Shown piece after piece: positions 1 through 8,694 of a stretch of 35,776 nt of DNA. The notes beneath the pieces are model-generated. The model was not told where the DNA came from. It searched no databases and worked only from the letters and a program-made list of their open reading frames with translations. The stretch is taken from NCBI GenBank assembly GCA_964554155.1, contig CAZKNL010000003.1, positions 1 to 35,776 on the forward strand, given 5' to 3'. This DNA comes from an uncultured Pseudomonadales bacterium (GTDB lineage Bacteria > Patescibacteriota > Microgenomatia > UBA1400 > PJMF01). Positions within the stretch are counted from its first letter, which is position 1. Each line of letters starts with the position of its first letter. The position numbers and the translations under genes were made by a program.

Positions 1-62
1 ATCTGGTGTCCAGGGGAAATACAATAGGCCTATAGTAAGTGAAAAAATGATATTTAAGTGAA

Positions 63-1172
63 GTGAGTGGAAAGTGGATTATGATAGATTTGAGAGAGAC
101 TGATAAAACAAGAATTTTAGGTATTAATAAAAATATATTTTATCCTGTAGTTAGTCTTACGACCCTAAGCGGAGCAGTGATGGCTTGTTTGTTAGGTCAA
201 CCAGGTGATCGCACTCCAGCTACACTCACCGATGTAGCCCCTACCGGTACCCCAGCAGACGCAGCGGCAACTGTTACAAACCCTGCTGAAGCAGCAACCA
301 ACACGGCTGCCCCTACTGCTACTTCAAAATCAGTTGAGGCATCCCCAACAGCTCCTGCAACGGCAACAGAAATTTCCGACCCAGCAGAGGTAGCTGGAGA
401 TGGCAGAGTTACCGTAACAACCCTCGAACAAAAATTTCCCCATCAAATTACTGCGGTGGAAGTTCGAGCAACAGAACAGACAGTGGAAACCCCGTTAGAC
501 TTTAATACTCTCTCTCAATTACATGGAGTAGATGGTCAACCGATTCAATATGGCTACTTTAGCGCTGATAATCCTCCTCCTTTTACACCAGAAATTTGGG
601 ATTACAAAACCCATATGGGTTCAGGGATCGTTGAACCAGGTTATTTGGTGGGTGTTGTCTCAGATGTCTGGAAAAGCCTTCAGGGTGGGAGAATTACTTT
701 TTTGAGCATGGCATATCCAGTCGAAGCTACCGGGGAATGGGAGCAAGTAAACTTCCGTCTTCTTGGTGATCAAAGCGAAAGAGGTGTTTGGATGATTGAT
801 TCACAAGGTCAACTGGTGGGAGTCCCTCCAGGTCAAAAAATGCCGTGGCTGTTCGAGTCCCAACTTGGCACAACTAACTTCATTGGGGATGGTATAGAAC
901 ATACTTTACAGTTCCCAGCAAGCTTTCCAACAAGTGACGGCAAGCAAGTAATTATCCCACAAGTTATGAAACTTGGCACTCCAATTGTAGCAAGAATTAT
1001 CATGAACCCTGGAGACTTTAACTCAACGAAAACCTTACCAGATCCTAAACAATGGTTATCAAATCCCAATTACTTTGATACGATGTATGGTAAGATTAGA
1101 GTGGCAGAACCAGTTGGAATGGTTGTTCCCCAGGCTGCTGTTCATCCAGCAATTATGAAAGCGACGAATTAG
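63..1172 (+). CDS. Hypothetical exported/anchored protein with Thr/Pro/Ala-rich linker (possible lipoprotein); start uncertain
   Basis: 369-aa ORF. Hydrophobic stretch ending GAVMAC, then a long T/P/A low-complexity linker and a globular C-terminal region; a terminator follows. Confidence 0.7.
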   Translation: MSGKWIMIDLRETDKTRILGINKNIFYPVVSLTTLSGAVMACLLGQPGDRTPATLTDVAPTGTPADAAATVTNPAEAATNTAAPTATSKSVEASPTAPATATEISDPAEVAGDGRVTVTTLEQKFPHQITAVEVRATEQTVETPLDFNTLSQLHGVDGQPIQYGYFSADNPPPFTPEIWDYKTHMGSGIVEPGYLVGVVSDVWKSLQGGRITFLSMAYPVEATGEWEQVNFRLLGDQSERGVWMIDSQGQLVGVPPGQKMPWLFESQLGTTNFIGDGIEHTLQFPASFPTSDGKQVIIPQVMKLGTPIVARIIMNPGDFNSTKTLPDPKQWLSNPNYFDTMYGKIRVAEPVGMVVPQAAVHPAIMKATN

Positions 1173-1197
1173 TCTATTCGTTATAACAATGAAGATC

Positions 1198-1230
1198 ACA
1201 CCGACTGGTTTGTATCCATCGGTGTTTTTT
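1198..1230 (+). terminator. Rho-independent terminator
   Basis: ACACCGA-c-TGG / CCA-TCGGTGT stem followed by a T run, about 25 nt after the stop of 63..1172. Confidence 0.7.
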
Positions 1231-1276
1231 ATTGCATAGACAGTTTACACACCACTCCCAAACATGCTATTTTTAG

Positions 1277-1828
1277 TTGATGAAAAAAAATCACCAGTTT
1301 TTTCTTCTTGGAGTGCTCTTAATTTTGATTACAGTATCAATGATATTTTTGTTATCTCGTCGTCGTACTCAGAACCAATTCAAAGTATTAACAGATCTCC
1401 AGGTTGTTCAAGCGCAGTTTGCTAAGAAAGAAGATACCTCTCCAGATGCTCTCCAACTCAACCGTTTGGTCAGAGGCAACGTTATCCAAGTCAGTGGACT
1501 GAACTTGACTCTTGCCACTTTAGTTAATTGGCCAGATAAAACTGCTAAAAAAGAGGTTGTCTTTACGCTGACTGATCTGACTGAGTACTTATGTTGGCCC
1601 ACCACCATGAATGGTGCCAAAATTGAAGACTCTGGCTTCTTGCTGACCGATCAGACCAAGCTCCAACTTCAAGGTGAGAAGTACTTGACCAAAGATCAAG
1701 CAGAGGAGATGCTGAACAAACAGCATAGCTCAGTGATTCTGGCGTTGCAAAAAGTCTATGTTGAGGCTCCAGGACATCCAGAAGCAAATCAAGTCTTTCA
1801 AGTCGCTTTGATTGGTTGTCAACCATAA
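1277..1828 (+). CDS. Hypothetical single-pass membrane protein
   Basis: 183 aa with an N-terminal TM helix (FFLLGVLLILITVSMIFLL); its stop abuts the next ATG (TAAATG). Confidence 0.75.
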   Translation: MMKKNHQFFLLGVLLILITVSMIFLLSRRRTQNQFKVLTDLQVVQAQFAKKEDTSPDALQLNRLVRGNVIQVSGLNLTLATLVNWPDKTAKKEVVFTLTDLTEYLCWPTTMNGAKIEDSGFLLTDQTKLQLQGEKYLTKDQAEEMLNKQHSSVILALQKVYVEAPGHPEANQVFQVALIGCQP

Positions 1829-4702
1829 ATGCATAAACTGATGAAGTTCCTCCTCACTAGCATCTTTTTCTTGACTACTATGTGTGTGGTTGCTTCATCC
1901 TTCCCAGTCAGCGCTGCCTGCAACTACCCAGCCTTTTGTGATGCAGCTCCGGGAACCTGTGGCACCACATGTAATGGTGGACTAACATGTCAAATTGGGA
2001 ACACGGTTTGCGAATATAGTTCTTATAGCAATTGTCATTGTTCTGATTCCTTCGGAACAAGAGACTGTAGTAATAATCCCTCTCTCGCAGGATTAGCTTG
2101 TAGTAGTCAAGATGCCTATGGCGTCTGGCATGGGCCAGGGATTTGTCAATGTGACTTTGTGTACAACTGTAACGGCTGTACCGACACAGCTTGGGCCACT
2201 TGTTGTAGCCCCGGTGGCTGCGGTTGGAGCGATTGGTCCCAGTGCAGTGCCTCGTGTGGGAGTGGCACCCAAACGCGTACCAATAGCTGTAATGGCTCCA
2301 CTGAGTCCCAAGCCTGTAACACCCAAGCCTGTTGTGGGGTCTGGGGCTCTTGGAGTGCCTGTTCAGGGGGGTCGCAAAGCCGAACTGATAACTGTGGCAA
2401 TAACCAAAACCAATCATGTGGCGGTGGCTGTACTGATTGGTCAGAGTGTTCCGCCAGTTGTGGACCCGGCACCAAAACTAGAACGTGCAGTGGCACTATC
2501 GAGAGTGCCTCATGTAACAATGGTACCTGTTGTGGCTCCTTCGGAACCTGGAGCTCATGTAGCGCCACTTGTGGTGGCGGCACCCAAACTCGTAGCGACG
2601 CCTGCGGCAACAGTCAATCTCAAGCCTGTAATAGTCAAGAATGTACCTGCACTACTGGCTCCTGGTCAGCCTGTAGTGCCACTTGTGGACCAGGGACTCG
2701 TTCCCGGACCAACTCCTGTGCCAGTGGGGGAGTGGAGACTGAGTCTTGCGATACTTGTACCAATGCTTGTGCCTGTCCAACCGCTTGTGGTCAAGCCACT
2801 GTCTGTGGCACCTGTAATAACGGCGACTTTGGCCAAGCAGGCCCAATTACACTCACCCCATCTAGTGGCAATCTGACCGTCCCAACCAACCACCAAGTCA
2901 CAGTCTCCTGGACCTCAGCTCTCAAAGCTGATAACTATGATGTTCAGATTTACCCAACTGGCACCACTTCCGGTCAAGAGTGTACAGCTGTAAACACCTT
3001 CTGTACCACTGCTACCACCAGTTTAAACCGTACCTTTACCGCGCCAACCGGTGTGGCCAACTACACCTGGAGAGTCCGTCCCAACAACACAACCTGTGAC
3101 AGCGCAGCCACATTCATGACTGCCACCGCCTCTGATGAATATCTCATTTCTGAAGGAGCAGCCTATGACATGACTGCAAACTTAGCAGTCGATGGCAATG
3201 ACGCCACAGCCTGGAGCGCTGGGGCAGCGGCACCGCAGTGGATTGAGCTTGATCTCGGTACCGCCCGAACTGTGACGGGCATCCGAATCGCCACCAATCA
3301 CTTCCCAGCTGGCAATGCTGTTTACGAAATTTACGGAGGGGCAACTGCTAATCCAAGCACCTTGATTCACACTGTCAACCAAACCATCAACCCTGGCGAC
3401 ATTTTAACCATAACCTTCTCCAGTCCAGTTTCTGATGTTCGCTACATGCGTATCTTAACTACCTCCAGTAGCTCAAGCCAAGTCAGCTTTGCTGAACTGA
3501 CGCCAACCTACAGTGATGGCACTGGCAGTTGGACAAGTGGGACCTTCACCTTAGTTGGCCAAGTCTCTGGCAACTTCTACCTTGACCAGAACTTCAATGC
3601 TACCTTGAACCTTGGCACAGGTTTATGTGAAGTATCTGGTTCACCGACTGGTCAAAATCCAGGAGCCGGCTCAGGAATCCAAGCAACTTGGACGGGTGGG
3701 GGATCAGCAAATGGGAGTATTACCGGTTCGACCTACACCATTGATAACGTCGCCAACTATGCTAGCATCGGTGAAACACTTTCTCCTGATGCCACTCAAT
3801 GGCGGTGTACCTGTCCAGCTGGTTGTACCTACTCAGGGCGAACCATCCCCGAGAGCAGCGTCAATTACTTTTTAGCAGACGTCTCTCAACCATGGTGGCA
3901 ATCCACCAACGGAATGCTCTATGCCGGGAACACCAGCGGGAACGCCGTCGTCTCACAAATTCCTATCACTTGTAGTGGTAGTTGTCTCGGCGCTCTGTCT
4001 TATCAGAGTGCGGCGGGTAACAGCAGCAGCGGGATCACCATCACCGGTGGAGGAGATATCGACAGTGATGCTGACCCAACCTTGAAGTACACCAAGCTGC
4101 GTCAAGAGACCAGCCAATCTCGGGTAATTGGTTCTGTCTATAACGGTCCACGCGAGAACTATCAATACTTCTACAATTTGTTTAGTATGGGATCAAGCCC
4201 AACCGCAGACTTCAGTGGGGTGAAGCCTACATCTGCTCCAACGAATGGGCGCGCCTACTATGCAACTGGCGACATGACTTTATCCACACCATGGTCAGTG
4301 GCTTCTGGAGAAAAACTGGTCATCTTTGTCAACGGCAACTTAAACGTCAACACGACTATCACAGTGGCTGATGGTGGATTCTTAGCTTTTATCGTCAATG
4401 GAAACATCACCTTTAGTAATACCATCGGCAACTCATCGGCCAGTGACCTCACTCCAACTGTGGAAGGTGTCTTCATTGCCGATCAGATTATTGTCCAAGG
4501 TGGGTTGAGCGGTGGTGATCTCAAGTTTGTCGGACAAGGAACATTCGTCGGCTGGACCAGCGTCACTTTAGGGAGAGAGTATAACGATCCATTTAGTAAT
4601 GATAGCTATCCCACCGAAGTCTTCCAGTTCCGTCCGGACTTTGTCCAAAACGTTCCTACCCGAATGACTCGGCCACTGTATTCATGGCAAGAAACCAACT
4701 AG
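1829..4702 (+). CDS. Secreted Cys-rich multidomain adhesin-like protein (TSP1-like repeats, Fn3-like, F5/8 type C discoidin, beta-rich C-terminal domain)
   Basis: Signal peptide ending VSA-A. Repeats of WSxCSxxCGxGxxxR, Fn3-like VSW...YTWRVRP, discoidin motifs AVDGNDATAW / QWIELDLG / RYMRI. Confidence 0.85.
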   Translation: MHKLMKFLLTSIFFLTTMCVVASSFPVSAACNYPAFCDAAPGTCGTTCNGGLTCQIGNTVCEYSSYSNCHCSDSFGTRDCSNNPSLAGLACSSQDAYGVWHGPGICQCDFVYNCNGCTDTAWATCCSPGGCGWSDWSQCSASCGSGTQTRTNSCNGSTESQACNTQACCGVWGSWSACSGGSQSRTDNCGNNQNQSCGGGCTDWSECSASCGPGTKTRTCSGTIESASCNNGTCCGSFGTWSSCSATCGGGTQTRSDACGNSQSQACNSQECTCTTGSWSACSATCGPGTRSRTNSCASGGVETESCDTCTNACACPTACGQATVCGTCNNGDFGQAGPITLTPSSGNLTVPTNHQVTVSWTSALKADNYDVQIYPTGTTSGQECTAVNTFCTTATTSLNRTFTAPTGVANYTWRVRPNNTTCDSAATFMTATASDEYLISEGAAYDMTANLAVDGNDATAWSAGAAAPQWIELDLGTARTVTGIRIATNHFPAGNAVYEIYGGATANPSTLIHTVNQTINPGDILTITFSSPVSDVRYMRILTTSSSSSQVSFAELTPTYSDGTGSWTSGTFTLVGQVSGNFYLDQNFNATLNLGTGLCEVSGSPTGQNPGAGSGIQATWTGGGSANGSITGSTYTIDNVANYASIGETLSPDATQWRCTCPAGCTYSGRTIPESSVNYFLADVSQPWWQSTNGMLYAGNTSGNAVVSQIPITCSGSCLGALSYQSAAGNSSSGITITGGGDIDSDADPTLKYTKLRQETSQSRVIGSVYNGPRENYQYFYNLFSMGSSPTADFSGVKPTSAPTNGRAYYATGDMTLSTPWSVASGEKLVIFVNGNLNVNTTITVADGGFLAFIVNGNITFSNTIGNSSASDLTPTVEGVFIADQIIVQGGLSGGDLKFVGQGTFVGWTSVTLGREYNDPFSNDSYPTEVFQFRPDFVQNVPTRMTRPLYSWQETN
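2213..2760 (+). repeat. About five tandem thrombospondin type-1-like repeats (protein level)
   Basis: WSDWSQCSASCGSGTQTR, WGSWSACSGGSQSR (short), TDWSECSASCGPGTKTR, FGTWSSCSATCGGGTQTR, GSWSACSATCGPGTRSR. Confidence 0.8.
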
Positions 4703-5223
4703 TCAATCGATCTGGCTTTACTCTGATTGAGGTATTAGTGGCGATCACCCTGAGCGTGATGTTGATCGCTGCAGCAGCAGGTCTGTTTTTCACTACTCTG
4801 CGCAGTGATAGTAAACAAACTTTTGTTTCTGTGTTAAGAGATAATGGTGACTACGCACTTAGTCAAATGGAGTTTTTACTGCGCAATGCAGTGGCGCTCG
4901 ACCGAATTAATCCTGGTGACTCCACCTGCACCTCAGGCATGTCCCAAATTGTTTTTCGATCAGTTGATAATGGCGTCACGCGCTTATACCTTTCAAACAA
5001 TGCGATTGCCTCGGAATCGGTCCAGGTGGGAGTGACACGCTATTTAACTGGTGGCCCAACCACCGCCTCAAACTTGAGCTTTAATTGTTCTCAATCTGCA
5101 CCAAACACTGGGACATACGTTCGGATTAGCTTTGACCTGACCTATGCTACCACTAGTGGAACATTTTTTGAGGAATCTGGCTCTCAATCATTCAGTACAA
5201 CAGTGAATATCCGCAGTTTCTAA
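4684..5223 (+). CDS. Type IV minor pilin (PilW/GspJ-like)
   Basis: Class III signal SG|FTLIEVLVAI; start overlaps the adhesin gene end by 19 nt. Confidence 0.85.
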   Translation: MARNQLVNRSGFTLIEVLVAITLSVMLIAAAAGLFFTTLRSDSKQTFVSVLRDNGDYALSQMEFLLRNAVALDRINPGDSTCTSGMSQIVFRSVDNGVTRLYLSNNAIASESVQVGVTRYLTGGPTTASNLSFNCSQSAPNTGTYVRISFDLTYATTSGTFFEESGSQSFSTTVNIRSF

Positions 5224-5254
5224 CACCTAGTCTCGCACCGAGAACCTGCCCCTC

Positions 5255-5752
5255 CTAGTTTTGACTCTTCTGTTGTTCAATCGTTGCCGTAGAAGTAGTT
5301 GTTCGTCCAGAATCTGGCCAAGTGACACTCACAGTTATTGTGATCATATCTTGACCACTGACGTTGGTTACCGTTACGTCAGCTTTCCGCTGATATATAC
5401 TCCCAGTATCGACAAACTCACTACTTAAACAGGCTCGATTAGGCACACTGGCGAGTCCACCATTTTGGGTATAGGGCAGTGTCGCCAAGCAATATGTCGA
5501 GGAACTGCCTCCTTGTTGGATCTGTGCCAAAAAACTTTCCCAACCCATCAAGTTGCGTTGTGCGCGGAAGTACTCGACACCTTCTTGTGTGTACTTTGTC
5601 CCCAGTGCTTTCGCTTTCGCCCGAGCGGCATTTCTTAGAGAAACCGAAACTACCGCCACCACCGCTGTCATCACCAAACCAACCACTCCAGTAGCAATAA
5701 TTATTTCTACGATTGTTTGCCCCAGCTGATGTGAACGAGTTGTCTTTTTCAT
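5255..5752 (-). CDS. Type IV minor pilin (PilV-like)
   Basis: LG|QTIVEIIIA prepilin motif and C-terminal ITVSVTW strand; ATG at 5752 preferred to the track start at 5773. Confidence 0.8.
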   Translation of the reverse strand: MKKTTRSHQLGQTIVEIIIATGVVGLVMTAVVAVVSVSLRNAARAKAKALGTKYTQEGVEYFRAQRNLMGWESFLAQIQQGGSSSTYCLATLPYTQNGGLASVPNRACLSSEFVDTGSIYQRKADVTVTNVSGQDMITITVSVTWPDSGRTTTSTATIEQQKSQN

Positions 5753-5780
5753 AGTTTTCTTAGTCACTAACACCTAGAAT

Positions 5781-6281
5781 CTAATATTGTGAAACTGACG
5801 TCCCACTAATCGAGCCACCACCTTCAATAGTGAACTGACACTGGTAATTTGGCGATGCTGAACGAACAAAGACAGTCCCATTACTCTCTAATAATCCACC
5901 ATGCAACACTCTAAAGTTCATGGTTGTAATTGTTTGGACGGTGAAAAGAGTCGGGACTTCATAGCTTTCTTCAGTGTACGTTCCACTATCGCAGACAGCT
6001 TGCAGACTAATCACATCTGGACCAGTTGCAGTTCGACTGACGCGATATGCAGTTAACTTATCGCATCCGGTTGGTCGATCTCCAACCCGTGCCTTTTTTT
6101 GGGCGCTCCGTGCCATTTGTTCAATTTGCTTACAGACATTAATCAGAGATTGGCGGCGATCAAGATTTAAATAGGCAGCAATGCCCCCACCAAAAAGTAA
6201 AACCATGATCGCCACGGTCACCAGTAGTTCGATCATGGTAAAACCGGATTGAGTAGGGGAGACAGATCTATCAGAATACAT
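5781..6281 (-). CDS. Type IV minor pilin (FimT/GspH-like)
   Basis: SG|FTMIELLVTVAI motif and a long alpha1 helix ending ARSAQKKA. Confidence 0.85.
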   Translation of the reverse strand: MYSDRSVSPTQSGFTMIELLVTVAIMVLLFGGGIAAYLNLDRRQSLINVCKQIEQMARSAQKKARVGDRPTGCDKLTAYRVSRTATGPDVISLQAVCDSGTYTEESYEVPTLFTVQTITTMNFRVLHGGLLESNGTVFVRSASPNYQCQFTIEGGGSISGTSVSQY

Positions 6282-6328
6282 AGTTTGTAGTCACTAGTCC
6301 TAGTACCTAACACCTAGCCTCTAAAAAC
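6281..6328. repeat. Degenerate 7-nt tandem repeat filling an intergenic spacer
   Basis: tagtttg tagtcac tagtcc tagtacc taacacc tagcctc taaaaac; related units near 5221, 5761, 6721, 7200 and 14784. Confidence 0.7.
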
Positions 6329-6718
6329 TTACGGATTCGTCAAGCAGTACGACGAAGGAGTCGTTGCTTCTAGCGTAGCACAAATACTGAAGGTACTCCC
6401 ACTCCCACCCGAACTGTAGCTATATTGGGTATATGGACTAGGTAAGGGATCTGCAATAGAGGTTCCACTAATATACGACTGAATTGGCGCCATCGTGCTC
6501 CAAGTTAAAGAAACAGGATAACTGCCAGTATCTGTCCGATAGAGTACCAGGGCAGAACGAACTTGCTCTAAATCAGCTTTGCGTTTGCCGTCTCTGGCTT
6601 TTTTATTTGTCTGGGTGTAGCTAGCAACTCCAATCAGCGTTAATACGGCAATGATAGTGACCACCACCATTAACTCAATCACTGTAAAACCAAGACGAAG
6701 GGAACGATGCTTGCTCAT
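6329..6718 (-). CDS. Type IV pilin (GspG/PilA-like)
   Basis: LG|FTVIELMVVV, ARDGKRKADL...YP...DP, two C-terminal Cys; GGAG SD upstream. Confidence 0.9.
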   Translation of the reverse strand: MSKHRSLRLGFTVIELMVVVTIIAVLTLIGVASYTQTNKKARDGKRKADLEQVRSALVLYRTDTGSYPVSLTWSTMAPIQSYISGTSIADPLPSPYTQYSYSSGGSGSTFSICATLEATTPSSYCLTNP

Positions 6719-6746
6719 ATTTCTCCCTATTCCCTAAACCTAGCCG

Positions 6747-7187
6747 CTACTGCCGTTGGGATGCACAGAAGTAGTTGGCTCCGGAACCTGTCCCATACGT
6801 ACAGACACCAGAGGAGTTGCCAAGTGCTGTGGCGTTTCCTTTGCCAATTTTTTCCAGGGTAGCACAGACACAGTAGGCAGTCCCACCAGCACTTAACTTA
6901 ATATCATAACTGCCACTTTGAGGATCAGTGGGAGGTGTCCCAGCGGGAAAGTAGGTATTGATGTCAGAGGCCACTGTTGGGTAGGCGAAGGTATTATTAA
7001 AGTAATGCTGTTCAAGTGCTTTGGAAATAGCGTCGACATCTGCTCGACGACGAGCATCACGTGCATTTTGTTGGGCATTGGTGAAGGCAACAATCCCAGC
7101 AGCCATCAAGACACCAATGATTGCCACGACCACCATCAACTCAATCAAGGTAAAACCGAGGCGAAGAGGACGCTGCTTGTTTATCAT
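6747..7187 (-). CDS. Type IV pilin, paralogue B
   Basis: LG|FTLIELMVVVAIIG, ARDARRRADV, four C-terminal Cys. Confidence 0.9.
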   Translation of the reverse strand: MINKQRPLRLGFTLIELMVVVAIIGVLMAAGIVAFTNAQQNARDARRRADVDAISKALEQHYFNNTFAYPTVASDINTYFPAGTPPTDPQSGSYDIKLSAGGTAYCVCATLEKIGKGNATALGNSSGVCTYGTGSGANYFCASQRQ

Positions 7188-7220
7188 ATGAAACCCCCGG
7201 CCCCTAAAACCTCACTCCTA

Positions 7221-7646
7221 CTACTGCCGTTGGGACGCACAGAAGTAGTTTGCACCAGAACCTGTCCCATAGGTACACGCTGCACCAGAACCCAAGGCAG
7301 TGGCATTACCACGCCCGGTTTTTTCCATTGTGGCACAGACACAGTAGGCATTCGTTGCCAAACTTAAACTATAACTGCCACCTTGAGGATCTCCTGGAGC
7401 TGCTCCTGAAGGAAAGTATGTGCTGATTGCAGAAGCAGACGCTGGATAAGCAGAGTCATTATTTTGGTTATATTGCTCGAGTGCTTTAGAAATGGCATCG
7501 ATGTCTGCTCGACGACGAGCATCACGTGCATTTTGTTGGGCATTGGTGAAGGCAACAATCCCAGCAGCCATCAAAATACCAATGATGGCAACTACCACCA
7601 TTAACTCGATTAAAGTAAAACCTGCACGACGAAGGGCCAGTGACAT
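7221..7646 (-). CDS. Type IV pilin, paralogue A (candidate major pilin)
   Basis: AG|FTLIELMVVVAIIG; GGAG SD before the ATG at 7646; close paralogue of 6747..7187. Confidence 0.9.
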   Translation of the reverse strand: MSLALRRAGFTLIELMVVVAIIGILMAAGIVAFTNAQQNARDARRRADIDAISKALEQYNQNNDSAYPASASAISTYFPSGAAPGDPQGGSYSLSLATNAYCVCATMEKTGRGNATALGSGAACTYGTGSGANYFCASQRQ

Positions 7647-7761
7647 ATATTTCTCCATTAAAATATTCAATATAAAACCTTTGTCCTTCTATACTAAATG
7701 ATTTTTGAACAACTTGTAAAGGTCTTTTTGATTTTTACTAGGGGACCACTTCATCAATGCT

Positions 7762-8673
7762 TCATTGAAGAATCACTTTTAATTGAGTAACTGGCGTATT
7801 CGCTGACTCAACTCCAGCGGCTGTCTTGGCTGCAACTTTGACTAGATAGGTACATTTCCCCGCCGAGCATGCATATTGATGAGTCGTTCTCCCAGAGAGA
7901 GTGGTGAACTGTTGCTGCTGACCATCCCCAAAGTTTAAGGTAGTTGTCACAGGATCTTTTTTGCTTTCTTCATAGGAAGAAACAAACGTAAAAGTAATTG
8001 CTTGATCACGGGCAGCAGTAACTTGGCGCAATTCATCTGGAAAAGGATCAGCATTGACCGATAAAATGACTGGCCGTGGTAAACAGGCAGCGTAGCAGCT
8101 TTTTGGACAGTCACTGACATCAGCAAATGGTGTACCGACACCACTAAATGTCTCAGCTTGGCAGCATGAGTACCCATATCCTTGACAAGTGGTCTGAGGG
8201 GAGACCCCCAAACTGACACTGCCGCTTCCATACGACTTAATTTCCTCATTTTCAATTCCGATAATACTGCGCCGGCCAAATGTCTCGATCTCAATCGTAC
8301 TTCGTTCGTTTCCCCAAATAATTCCACCACTGCCTGGACGTTTATAAACCAAAGGAGGGAGTGTATATTTTCCAATTAAAATTGGATCTGATACAAACTG
8401 ACTGCAGACTACTTCTAAGACATACTCTCGGTTATTCAGAAAACGCAGTTGGAGTGCCCCAATTGTTGCTAGCTCTAGTGTGACTCCACCTTTTTCGCGA
8501 CATTGTCGGGCATACTGGAGATTATCTTTAGAGACACGCTGCAAAGTACTCAGCGAGCTACGAATCATCGATGATCCAACCATCAATAGAATTTCACGAG
8601 TCAACAAACCAACTCCAACACTCACAATGGCAATCACAAAAAAAGAACTTACTAGAAATTTAATAACTCTCAT
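7762..8673 (-). CDS. Membrane-anchored Cys-rich protein with C-terminal PKD-like domain
   Basis: N-terminal TM, Cys cluster CQGYGYSCC...CPKSCYAAC, PKD-like LNFGDG...THQY...YLVKV. Confidence 0.7.
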   Translation of the reverse strand: MRVIKFLVSSFFVIAIVSVGVGLLTREILLMVGSSMIRSSLSTLQRVSKDNLQYARQCREKGGVTLELATIGALQLRFLNNREYVLEVVCSQFVSDPILIGKYTLPPLVYKRPGSGGIIWGNERSTIEIETFGRRSIIGIENEEIKSYGSGSVSLGVSPQTTCQGYGYSCCQAETFSGVGTPFADVSDCPKSCYAACLPRPVILSVNADPFPDELRQVTAARDQAITFTFVSSYEESKKDPVTTTLNFGDGQQQQFTTLSGRTTHQYACSAGKCTYLVKVAAKTAAGVESANTPVTQLKVILQ

Positions 8674-8694
8674 ACTTGGCAGGCATTCGCTAGG

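Noticed and set aside
24-33. ataggcctat palindrome matching the one at 26220
   Set aside because: A single 10-bp match across 36 kb in unrelated contexts is too weak to support a shared operator.
1908-2896. Several long alternative-frame and antisense ORFs over the TSP1 repeats
   Set aside because: By-products of the repetitive Cys/Gly/Ser/Thr codon usage of the real gene; no motifs or start signals.
5221-6328. Recurring taacacctag as CRISPR repeats or shufflon sites
   Set aside because: Too short and irregular, all in one orientation, and no cas genes or adjacent invertase.
6747-7646. Pilin pair as a DGR template/variable repeat
   Set aside because: Differences are not adenine-specific, both copies are intact genes, and there is no reverse transcriptase in the window.
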